Positions 47,544-55,663 of a DNA stretch of 64,000 nt are shown one piece after another; positions within the stretch are counted from its first letter, which is position 1; each line of letters opens with the position of its first letter. This DNA is from an uncultured Bacilli bacterium (GTDB lineage Bacteria > Bacillota_I > Bacilli_A > RF39 > UBA660), in assembly GCA_947632545.1 (NCBI GenBank), contig CANRPP010000003.1, positions 351 to 64,350 of the forward strand, in the 5' to 3' direction. The position numbers and the translations under genes are program-made. The notes under the pieces were generated by a model. The model saw only the letters and a program-made list of their open reading frames with translations, searched no databases and was not told the DNA's origin.

Positions 47544-47570
47544 ATACCATTGACAAAGTGGTATTTTTTT
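47542..47570 (+). terminator. hairpin and T-run after the 56-aa ORF
   Basis: Stem AAATACCA/TGGTATTT with a 9-nt loop, followed by TTTTTTT. The loop region contains a TTGACA hexamer that could serve tatD. Confidence 0.5.
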
Positions 47571-47597
47571 ATTTATGGTATTCATAGGAGTGATTTT

Positions 47598-48356
47598 ATG
47601 TATATAGATACTCATTGTCATTTATCAAAAGAATATTATGATGATATTAATAAAGTTATAGAAGAAAATAAGCTTAATAATATTGATAAAATGATTGTTT
47701 CTGGTTGTGAAAAAAATAGTATTAGAGAAGTAATTGATATAATAAATAAATATGATTTAGTCTACGCTACTATTGGTTATCATCCAGATCAAATAAATAT
47801 AGTTACAGATAAAGATATAGAGGATTTGGAAGAAGTAATAAAATCAAATCAAAAAATAGTTGGAATAGGAGAAATAGGGTTAGATTATCACTATGATAGT
47901 AATAATAAAACCGCTCAAAAAAAATTATTTGAAAAACAATTGAAATTAGCAGAAAAATTATCTTTACCAGTTGTAATTCATAGCAGGGATGCTACAAAAG
48001 ATACAATTGATATATTAAAAAAATATAGACTTAAAGGAATAATTCACTGTTTTTCAGGTAGTTTAGAAACTGCTAATATATACATTAAAATGGGTTATAA
48101 ACTTGGAATAGGAGGAGTATTAACTTTTAAAAATAGTAAATTACATGAAGTGGTGGAGAATATTTCTTTAAAAGACATAGTATTAGAAACAGATAGTCCA
48201 TATTTAACACCAGAACCATATAGAGGTAAAATAAATTCATCAAAATATATTCCAGTAATCGCAGAAAAAATAGCCAATATAAAACATATTTCATTAAAAG
48301 AAGTATCAGAATTAACAAATAAAAACTGCTATGAATTGTTTGACTTAGATAGATAA
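47598..48356 (+). CDS. tatD: TatD family metal-dependent DNase/hydrolase (YabD)
   Basis: Start at MYIDTHCHL (ATG at 47598, SD AGGAGTGA), not the ORF-track TTG at 47550. Has IGEIGLDY, VIHSRDA, IHCFSG and ETDSPYL. Confidence 0.92.
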   Translation: MYIDTHCHLSKEYYDDINKVIEENKLNNIDKMIVSGCEKNSIREVIDIINKYDLVYATIGYHPDQINIVTDKDIEDLEEVIKSNQKIVGIGEIGLDYHYDSNNKTAQKKLFEKQLKLAEKLSLPVVIHSRDATKDTIDILKKYRLKGIIHCFSGSLETANIYIKMGYKLGIGGVLTFKNSKLHEVVENISLKDIVLETDSPYLTPEPYRGKINSSKYIPVIAEKIANIKHISLKEVSELTNKNCYELFDLDR

Positions 48357-48426
48357 AAATGGTACTATTTAACTATAATAGTATGATATTACTAATATAT
48401 GTTACCAAATAACAGGAGATGATTAT

Positions 48427-49059
48427 ATGAAAGACTCTAAAGAAACAGGTGTTGTTTATTCTAGAAAAATATTATTCATGTTATTATTGGTTACATTATT
48501 AGTTGTAGTAGTTATTAGTTTTTCTTTTGCTGTTTATATGAATGGAGAAGAAGGAGTAAATAATACTATTGAATATGGAGATATATCAATGAAGTACATA
48601 GAAAAAGAAAATAGTATTTCAATTGATAATGCTATGCCTACTAGTGATGATGTAGGTATGAAACAATTTGGTAAAAACGAATATTTTGATTTTACAGTTA
48701 ATTCAAGAATAGTAGGAAATGTAAAAATAGAATATGAGATAGCTGCTAGTAAAAACAAAGATTCAACAATCCCAGATAATGAAATAAAATTATATTTAGA
48801 AAAAGAAAAAAATGGTACATATGTTAAAGTAGCTGATCCTAAAAATTATATACCAGAAGATAAACAAACAGAAATAGGAACTCCTGCAGGAGATATGCTA
48901 CTATATAAAGTAGAAAAGATAAAAAAATCAACTGATGATAATAGTGTAGAATACGTCGATAATTATCGTTTAAGAATGTGGCTAGATGAGAATGCTACTA
49001 TGTCTGATGTAAGAAAATTTAGTGTTACTGTTAATGTATATGGGAAAACTAAAAAATAA
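48427..49059 (+). CDS. exported protein, TasA/camelysin-like candidate (paralogue 1 of the SipW cluster)
   Basis: 210 aa. A basic N-terminus plus one hydrophobic helix ending SFSFAVY, then NNTIEYGDISMKY..ENSISIDNAMPTSD. It is beta-rich and paralogous to 49080-49694. Confidence 0.6.
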   Translation: MKDSKETGVVYSRKILFMLLLVTLLVVVVISFSFAVYMNGEEGVNNTIEYGDISMKYIEKENSISIDNAMPTSDDVGMKQFGKNEYFDFTVNSRIVGNVKIEYEIAASKNKDSTIPDNEIKLYLEKEKNGTYVKVADPKNYIPEDKQTEIGTPAGDMLLYKVEKIKKSTDDNSVEYVDNYRLRMWLDENATMSDVRKFSVTVNVYGKTKK

Positions 49060-49079
49060 TAATATTGGAGGATATTTCT

Positions 49080-49694
49080 ATGACTAATACCGATTCAAAA
49101 AATATATTGTTATCAGTTATTGGTGTTGCTATATTGTTAGTTGCTGTAGTCGGAATATCATATGCTATATTTGTTTTTGCTAAAAAAGGTGATACTCTTA
49201 ATACTATCTCAACAGGTAAGATATCTATGCTTTATACAGAAAGTGATAATACAATTTCAATAAATAATGCTACTCCTATATCTGATTCAGTTGGAAAAAT
49301 TCAAAATGAGTATTTTGATTTCACTGCAGCAGCAGAAATAAAAGGTAAAGTCTCTATTAGCTATGAAGTAAGAGCGGTAAGAACAGATACTAATGAAGCA
49401 AATAGATTACCTGATGAAGCTGTAAATTTATATTTAGAAAAAAAAGATTCTTCAAAATATGTTTCAGTCATGGAACCTACTCCATTTAAAAAAACTCAAA
49501 ACTCTACTTTAGATAATGTTTATGTTAATAAAGATAGTATGTTATTATATAAAGGACTTATAGTAAGTAATAATGAAACTTCAGTTAAAGAAGACTTTAG
49601 ATTAAGAATATGGCTTAATGATAAACAAAAGTTAGATGATACTCAAAAAATATATAAATTAAGAGTAGATATATACTCCAGCTTAAATAAATAA
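49080..49694 (+). CDS. exported protein, TasA/camelysin-like candidate (paralogue 2)
   Basis: Start at the ATG at 49080 (SD GGAGGA 7 nt upstream). The hydrophobic helix ends GISYAIF, then LNTISTGKISMLYTESDNTISINNATPISD. It shares EYFDFT, LYLEK, MLLYK and RLR.WL blocks with paralogue 1. Confidence 0.6.
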   Translation: MTNTDSKNILLSVIGVAILLVAVVGISYAIFVFAKKGDTLNTISTGKISMLYTESDNTISINNATPISDSVGKIQNEYFDFTAAAEIKGKVSISYEVRAVRTDTNEANRLPDEAVNLYLEKKDSSKYVSVMEPTPFKKTQNSTLDNVYVNKDSMLLYKGLIVSNNETSVKEDFRLRIWLNDKQKLDDTQKIYKLRVDIYSSLNK

Positions 49695-49699
49695 TAAAT

Positions 49700-49721
49700 A
49701 AGGAACAAGATTCCTTTTTTA
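49700..49721 (+). terminator. hairpin and T-run after paralogue 2 (possible partial terminator inside the cluster)
   Basis: 6-bp stem AAGGAA/TTCCTT with the 5-nt loop CAAGA, followed by TTTTT. Confidence 0.5.
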
Positions 49722-49774
49722 GTGCAATTTTATATATTTCATGTTATTATAATATATATAGTAGGATAATAGAG

Positions 49775-50581
49775 GTGAAAATAGTGGATACAGTTTTAGA
49801 ACAAATAAATGAACAAGAAAAACAAAAAAAAGAAAAACTAAATAAAGTTAAAGTCATTTATAATATTTATCATTTCATTACAAAAGTAATTTTATATTCT
49901 ATATTAATGATTTTAATTATAGCAGCAATCTTTTTTGTTTTGTATTTTGTTGATATGCAATACAATATAAAAAAAGGTACATATAAACAACCTCTTTTTG
50001 GAGCCTATATAATAATAAGTCCAAGTATGGTACCTACTATTAATGTTTACGATGCAATAGTTATAAAAAGAACTGAAGCCAAAGAACTAAAAGAAGATGA
50101 TATTATAACCTTTTTATCGAGTGATTCTAGATATAGTGGTCTTACTATTACACATAGAATTACAGGTATAGAAAAATCACAAAATGGGGAATACTTATTT
50201 AGAACTAAAGGCGATAATAATAATTCAGAAGATTCTGCATTAGTAAAAGAATCTGATATATATGGAAAAGTAATTTTAAAAATACCTAAAATAGGATATC
50301 TCCAACAGATTTTAACAAATTCTTTCGGTTGGATATTATTAATTGTAATACCTTGTATGGGTGTTGTTATATATGACATAATTAAAATATTTAAATCTCT
50401 AGCAAGAATTGGTACATCAAAAATAAAGAAAAAAAATGAATTTGCTAATTATCGTGATAACTATATAGAAACAATTAGTCAACAGGAAAAGACAAATGAT
50501 AGTGAAGTTTCTAGTAATGATTTATCAGCTATAGAAAATAATATAGATAATGATAATGATGATGACATAGACTACTTATAA
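49775..50581 (+). CDS. sipW: signal peptidase I, SipW-like (ER/archaeal type, S26B) with an acidic C-terminal tail
   Basis: 268 aa with the boxes ISPSMVPT (Ser), LTITHRI (His) and TKGDNNNSEDS. TM helices lie before and after the catalytic domain. The start may be the GTG at 49784 (SD GAGGTGA). Confidence 0.85.
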   Translation: MKIVDTVLEQINEQEKQKKEKLNKVKVIYNIYHFITKVILYSILMILIIAAIFFVLYFVDMQYNIKKGTYKQPLFGAYIIISPSMVPTINVYDAIVIKRTEAKELKEDDIITFLSSDSRYSGLTITHRITGIEKSQNGEYLFRTKGDNNNSEDSALVKESDIYGKVILKIPKIGYLQQILTNSFGWILLIVIPCMGVVIYDIIKIFKSLARIGTSKIKKKNEFANYRDNYIETISQQEKTNDSEVSSNDLSAIENNIDNDNDDDIDYL

Positions 50582-50601
50582 TTTACTATGCGGAGGATAC
50601 C

Positions 50602-51114
50602 ATGAATAAAAAAAATATATGTATAATAGTTATTGGTATAATTATCATTTTACTTTTAATATATTACAGTAATAGAATTATTAATAATAATTCATCAAGA
50701 GTAAATAAAATTAAAATTGTTGAAAATAATGTGGGAGAAAAAGAAGACTTTATAAATTATGGTTCTATAAATGATGATGAAATTGCAAAAATAAAACCAT
50801 TTAAATTTTCAGTAATAAATAAAGAAAGTAATAATTCTAAATATAATCTTTTAATAGAAGATATAGTTGATAATGAAAAAGAAGAATTAATTTTAAGTAG
50901 AAAATATTTACATTATGAATTATCTTTAAATAATAATGTTATAAAAAAGGGAATTTTATCTGATATAAAAAATAATATTATAGATACTAGAACTATTAAA
51001 AAAAATAAAACAAATAATTATTCACTAAAGATTTGGGTAAGTTTAAATGATTCAGAAATAGATTTGGAACATAAATATTATAGTTATAATATTGTTGCTA
51101 TACCGATAGAGTAA
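50602..51114 (+). CDS. N-terminally anchored or exported protein, divergent short paralogue 3 of the cluster
   Basis: 170 aa with SD GGAGGA. One N-terminal hydrophobic helix. The C-terminal NYSLKIWVSLND...YYSYNIVA parallels NYRLRMWLDENA...FSVTVNVY in paralogue 1. Confidence 0.55.
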   Translation: MNKKNICIIVIGIIIILLLIYYSNRIINNNSSRVNKIKIVENNVGEKEDFINYGSINDDEIAKIKPFKFSVINKESNNSKYNLLIEDIVDNEKEELILSRKYLHYELSLNNNVIKKGILSDIKNNIIDTRTIKKNKTNNYSLKIWVSLNDSEIDLEHKYYSYNIVAIPIE

Positions 51115-51128
51115 AAGGTGGTGAAACT

Positions 51129-51818
51129 ATGAAAAATATAGTTATTGAATATTTTAATATATTAGCCTATATAATAACAGGTATAGTCTTTTCTATCGCA
51201 TCATTTTTAATAATAATTAATATTTATCATTATAAAAATGTTAATGAAGTATATAAAACTCAAGATAGTAATTATGAAATAAAAGATAATTTAAAATACA
51301 AATTAGATAATATAAAATCAAATATAAATAATTTACCTTCTTCAACTAATCCAAACTTCATAGCGTATTCAAAAATTCAAACAAAATTAAATATTTGTTA
51401 TGAAAAGATAGATATAGAACAATTTGATAAATTATTAACAAAAACTGATATATCAATAAGTGATGTATATAATATGCAACAATTTTATAAACTTAATATT
51501 GCAAATGAATGTCTAATCAAGCAATTATATACACTAGTAGATGATGAGGATAATTCTATTAATAATCTAGCGTCTTTCAATCTAGTAAAACCTTTTATTA
51601 AAAATAATATAGATCAATTAAAAGAATCATCTGATTATATAGAAAAAGTAATTAAAAGTAATAGTAGTTATAAATTTACCAATGATTTTACTAAATCTAG
51701 TATATATGATGAAGTTAAAGATAGTTATTATAAAATAATAAATGATTATAATAATTCAATAGACTTTATATATGATATATCTATATGGTATAAGAATGAA
51801 GTAGGTGAAAATACATGA
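51129..51818 (+). CDS. N-terminally anchored protein, function unknown
   Basis: 229 aa with SD AAGGTGGTGA. A single TM helix near the N-terminus is followed by a polar N/K/D/Y-rich domain. No motif recognised. Confidence 0.55.
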   Translation: MKNIVIEYFNILAYIITGIVFSIASFLIIINIYHYKNVNEVYKTQDSNYEIKDNLKYKLDNIKSNINNLPSSTNPNFIAYSKIQTKLNICYEKIDIEQFDKLLTKTDISISDVYNMQQFYKLNIANECLIKQLYTLVDDEDNSINNLASFNLVKPFIKNNIDQLKESSDYIEKVIKSNSSYKFTNDFTKSSIYDEVKDSYYKIINDYNNSIDFIYDISIWYKNEVGENT

Positions 51819-52264
51819 AAAAAATAATAAATTATAGTTTACTATTTTTAAAGTATCTGTTATATTTAGGTGCTTTTGCTATTTCACTTTATATTATTAC
51901 TATTATAAATCAAAAGCAAAATAGAAATATTACGGAATTAATAACTGCTATATTACCATATATTTTATTATTAATAGTATTTTTTATTAATATTATATTA
52001 AGACAAAAAAATATAAATCATAATATATTTTATAACTTAACATGTTGTATTGCATTTTTAACTACTATAATTGTGGGATTAAGATCAATATATGATACAA
52101 ATATGATTTTAAATCAAATAACCGGTTATAATATAAACTTTATATATTTTAATGACTATCTAGTATATATGAAAATATTAATATATGGTTTAATTATAAG
52201 TAATTTATGTTTCATGTTTAAAAATAAAAAATCAGATGTTAAAAAGGAAACAGAAGTTTTATAG
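51815..52264 (+). CDS. small polytopic membrane protein (about four TM segments), function unknown
   Basis: 149 aa. Its start overlaps the preceding stop (ATGA), implying translational coupling. Confidence 0.55.
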   Translation: MKKIINYSLLFLKYLLYLGAFAISLYIITIINQKQNRNITELITAILPYILLLIVFFINIILRQKNINHNIFYNLTCCIAFLTTIIVGLRSIYDTNMILNQITGYNINFIYFNDYLVYMKILIYGLIISNLCFMFKNKKSDVKKETEVL

Positions 52265-52280
52265 ACTTCTATTTTTTTTT
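52252..52280 (+). terminator. intrinsic terminator closing the SipW cluster
   Basis: Stem AGAAGT/ACTTCT with a 7-nt loop spanning the stop codon, followed by ATTTTTTTTT. Confidence 0.6.
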
Positions 52281-52307
52281 GTTATATAATCTAGGAAAGG
52301 TGATTAT

Positions 52308-53093
52308 ATGGACAAATTTAACTTTAAAAAGAAATACGGTCAAAACTTTCTTAATAATAAACAAAAAATAAAAAAAATAGTTAATGCTGCTGAAATTAAA
52401 AATAATTCTTTAATTATTGAAGTTGGTCCTGGTGGTGGTAGTCTAACTAAAGAACTTTCAGAAAAAGCCCAATATGTACTTTGCTACGAAATAGATAAAG
52501 ACTTAAAAAGTCATTTAGATAGTTTATTTATAAATAGTAATGTAGATATCATTTATGATGATTTTTTAAAAAGAAATATAGAGGAAGATATTTGTAAATA
52601 TAAATATACTCATTTATATTTTATAAGTAATGTTCCTTATTATATAACAACACCTATATTAATGAAATTAATTGAAGCAAATTTAATATTTGATAAGATA
52701 GTTATGATGGTTCAAGAAGAAGTAGGAGAAAGATTTAGTGCTAAACCAAATACAAAAAGCTACAGTTCAATTTCAGTTTTTTTAGATTATTATTTTGATG
52801 TAAAAAAAGAATTTAAAGTTAATAGATTAGAATTTCATCCAGTACCCAATGTTGATAGTGTTGTAGTATCCTTTACAAGAAAAAAAGATTTATTAGCATT
52901 AAAAGATAAAGATTTATTTTTCAAATTAGTAAGAGATTCTTTTAAGTTTAAAAGAAAAAATATAAAGAATAATTTAAAAAATTATAATTTAGAAGTAATA
53001 GAGAAAATATTAATTGAAAATAATTTTGATTTATCTTGTCGTGCAGAACAACTTCCTATGGAAGTATTTGTAAAAATAAGTAATGCATTATAA
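52308..53093 (+). CDS. rsmA: 16S rRNA (adenine1518/1519-N6)-dimethyltransferase
   Basis: 261 aa with KKYGQNFL, EVGPGGGSLT and NVPYYITTPI. Confidence 0.93.
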   Translation: MDKFNFKKKYGQNFLNNKQKIKKIVNAAEIKNNSLIIEVGPGGGSLTKELSEKAQYVLCYEIDKDLKSHLDSLFINSNVDIIYDDFLKRNIEEDICKYKYTHLYFISNVPYYITTPILMKLIEANLIFDKIVMMVQEEVGERFSAKPNTKSYSSISVFLDYYFDVKKEFKVNRLEFHPVPNVDSVVVSFTRKKDLLALKDKDLFFKLVRDSFKFKRKNIKNNLKNYNLEVIEKILIENNFDLSCRAEQLPMEVFVKISNAL

Positions 53094-53168
53094 TAATTAT
53101 TTTATTTTGAAATATTTATTAAAGAATATTTCTTTTTTTTTATCATAAAATTAGGTGGAGATGATTTT

Positions 53169-53957
53169 ATGAGTTTTGAAATTGGGGATTTAGTAACGAG
53201 AAAATCATACAATAATGATATTTTATTTAAGATTATTGATATAAATAATGATATTGCGATTTTAAAAGGTGTAGATCTTAGACTATATGCTGATAGTGAA
53301 GTTGATGATTTAGTAAAGGAAGAAAAAGTCTATAATGTGAGTAAATCTGACAGAAAAATAATTAATGAAAATATAAGAAGTTTAGATCTTAATAGGGATG
53401 AATATTTTTATTTGCCAGGAAAGATTTTACATATAGACGGTGACGAAGATTATTTAAATAGATGTATGAATTTTTATAAAGACTTAAATGTTAAAGCGTA
53501 TGGAATACCCTTAAAAGAAAGTGAAATAGCTGAATATTTATCAGAATATTTAAATAAGTATAATCCTGATATATTAGTTGTTACTGGACACGATGCATTC
53601 TATAAGAAAAGAAAAGATTTAGATAATATTGATAATTATCAAAATACAAGAAATTTTATAAATGCAGTAAAAGTTGCTAGAAAATATGAAAAAGATCAAA
53701 ATAAATTAATAATTATTTCAGGTGCTTGTCAGTCTAATTATGAAGAATTAATAAAGGCAGGCTCTAATTTTGCATCTAGTCCTAAAAGAATAAATATTCA
53801 TGCTCTCGATCCTGCAATAATTGCATCAACTATTGCGCTTTCAGTAAAAAATAAAAGTATTGATTTGATACCTTTAATAGAAAAAACAAAATATGGTGCT
53901 GATGGAATAGGAGGAATTATTACAAATGGAACAATGTATGTGGGGTATCCTAGATGA
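53169..53957 (+). CDS. yabG: sporulation-specific protease YabG
   Basis: 262 aa with GD.V.R.SY..DI.F.I, ILH.DGD..YL..C and PDILV.TGHDA. It follows rsmA, as in Bacillus. Confidence 0.85.
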   Translation: MSFEIGDLVTRKSYNNDILFKIIDINNDIAILKGVDLRLYADSEVDDLVKEEKVYNVSKSDRKIINENIRSLDLNRDEYFYLPGKILHIDGDEDYLNRCMNFYKDLNVKAYGIPLKESEIAEYLSEYLNKYNPDILVVTGHDAFYKKRKDLDNIDNYQNTRNFINAVKVARKYEKDQNKLIIISGACQSNYEELIKAGSNFASSPKRINIHALDPAIIASTIALSVKNKSIDLIPLIEKTKYGADGIGGIITNGTMYVGYPR

Positions 53958-54187
53958 ATATAAATAAGATAAGAAATTTTATTATGAAAAATAAAGAAAA
54001 TACTTTCTCTTTTAAGTTTAAAGGTGCTAGAAATCAAACAGAAGAATTTATTGGTAAAATAATAGGTGTTTATAGATCTATTTTTACAGTTAAAGTTAAT
54101 AATTATACTGGTAGAGTTAAATCTTATAGTTACAATGATGTTTTAACAGGCAGTTTAGAAATAAAAGAAATTGTATTAAAAAAATAA
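53954..54187 (+). CDS. veg: Veg family protein
   Basis: 77 aa. I..IR........G....FK...GR........G.I...Y.S.F.V.........SYSY.D.LTG.LE aligns with B. subtilis Veg as recalled. Its ATG overlaps the yabG stop (ATGA). Confidence 0.8.
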   Translation: MNINKIRNFIMKNKENTFSFKFKGARNQTEEFIGKIIGVYRSIFTVKVNNYTGRVKSYSYNDVLTGSLEIKEIVLKK

Positions 54188-54259
54188 ATATTGCATTTAT
54201 TAGAAAAGTATTATAAAATGAAAGTATAAAGTGATACACTTTAAGAGGAGGAACTAGAT

Positions 54260-54559
54260 ATGAAAATTACATCAGTAAATGTACGTAAGATTGAAAAAGA
54301 AGGATCACGTATGAAAGGAATTGCTTCTGTTTTGTTAGATGATAGCTTTGCAGTTCATGATATTCGTATTATCGAAGGAGATAATGGTTTATTTATAGCA
54401 ATGCCTAGTCGTAAAACTTCTGCAGGAAGTTATAGAGATATAGCACATCCAATTAATCCAGAAGTAAGAGCAATGTTTGAAGATGCTATAATCGAAGCAT
54501 ATAATAATGCAGAAGATGCAAATACTGAAAATACTGAAAATAGTGAAGAAGGAGAATAA
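54260..54559 (+). CDS. spoVG: septation/sporulation protein SpoVG
   Basis: [60 protein letters not shown] is near-identical in pattern to SpoVG. Confidence 0.95.
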   Translation: MKITSVNVRKIEKEGSRMKGIASVLLDDSFAVHDIRIIEGDNGLFIAMPSRKTSAGSYRDIAHPINPEVRAMFEDAIIEAYNNAEDANTENTENSEEGE

Positions 54560-54575
54560 TCTCCTTTTTTTATTC
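54546..54575 (+). terminator. intrinsic terminator after spoVG
   Basis: Stem AAGGAGA/TCTCCTT with the loop ATAA overlapping the stop codon, followed by a long T-run. Confidence 0.7.
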
Positions 54576-54619
54576 ATAAAAATAAATTTACTTCATATAC
54601 TTTTCTAGGAGGAAAAAAT

Positions 54620-54910
54620 ATGGAAAAGCAAGAAGCAATGGGTAGTTATACACACGGAATAAGTTTAGCAGAAAGAAAAAATTTAATAGTAACAGGAGTT
54701 AAAAAAATAGAAAATTTTGATACTGAACAGTTTTTATTAGAAACTAGTATGGGTTTTATATTAGTAAAAGGAGAAGATTTAGAATTAATTAAATTAGATA
54801 CTATTCAAGGTAATGTTTCTATTAGAGGGTTAGTAAGTAGTATAAATTATTTAGAAGAAGGCCAAAAGAAAAATAAAGAAAATAGTATATTTAATAGGTT
54901 ATTTAAATAA
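54620..54910 (+). CDS. yabP: sporulation protein YabP
   Basis: 96 aa with H.ISL..R..L.VTGV..I..FD...F.LET..G.....GE.L.I..L......V.I.G. Confidence 0.85.
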   Translation: MEKQEAMGSYTHGISLAERKNLIVTGVKKIENFDTEQFLLETSMGFILVKGEDLELIKLDTIQGNVSIRGLVSSINYLEEGQKKNKENSIFNRLFK

Positions 54911-55224
54911 TGAATATAAGAATACAAATAATATCAATGATATTTTCCTTTGTTTTTGGAATATTTTTTTCAATGTTTACTAATATAAATTATAAGTACT
55001 TATTTTATAAAAATATTGTATTTAAAGTATTTTTTACATTTATATATATAATAGATTGTGCATTATTATATTTTTTAATAATCAAGAAAATAAATAATGG
55101 AATAGTACATTTATATTTTTTACTATTTATAGGTGGAGGTTTTTTAGTAGGTTTATTTAAATTTAATCGTTTTATTGATAAATTTAAATACTGTTTAAAA
55201 AATGTCAAGAAAAGAAAAAAATAG
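54910..55224 (+). CDS. yabQ: spore cortex biosynthesis protein YabQ (candidate)
   Basis: 104 aa and polytopic. It overlaps the yabP stop by 1 nt (TAATG). Assigned from yabP-yabQ-divIC synteny and topology. Confidence 0.65.
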   Translation: MNIRIQIISMIFSFVFGIFFSMFTNINYKYLFYKNIVFKVFFTFIYIIDCALLYFLIIKKINNGIVHLYFLLFIGGGFLVGLFKFNRFIDKFKYCLKNVKKRKK

Positions 55225-55285
55225 TCTAATTTATTGTATTAATTTACTTTAGTGATATACTATTATTGATAAGGTAGATGATTAT

Positions 55286-55576
55286 ATGGCAAAAAAGAGG
55301 AAAAGTAAATCTGTAAAACGTATTTTCATTTTAGGAATAGGTTCTTTGGTAGTAATTTTAGGAACTACATATACCATAGGAAAATATTGGCTTGAAATAT
55401 TTGATAAATATAATGAGAAAAAAGAATTAAAAACAAAATTATCTGATCTAAAAGAAAAAGAAGAAGCTTTACAAGTTGATGCAAATAAACTTCAGGATCC
55501 AGATTATATTGCAAGATTTGCAAGAGAAAAATATTCGTATTCAAAAGATGGAGAAATAATTCTACGTATTCCGTAG
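55286..55576 (+). CDS. divIC: septum formation initiator DivIC/FtsB family
   Basis: 96 aa. A basic N-terminus, one TM helix, a coiled coil, and the conserved LQDPDYIARFAREKY...DGE block. Confidence 0.88.
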   Translation: MAKKRKSKSVKRIFILGIGSLVVILGTTYTIGKYWLEIFDKYNEKKELKTKLSDLKEKEEALQVDANKLQDPDYIARFAREKYSYSKDGEIILRIP

Positions 55577-55663
55577 AATTTTTATATGTAAAAAGGAAAA
55601 TATAACATTGTTTATTCTTGATTAAATACGCTATTTCGTATAGAATAGTATTGGTGGTATTAA

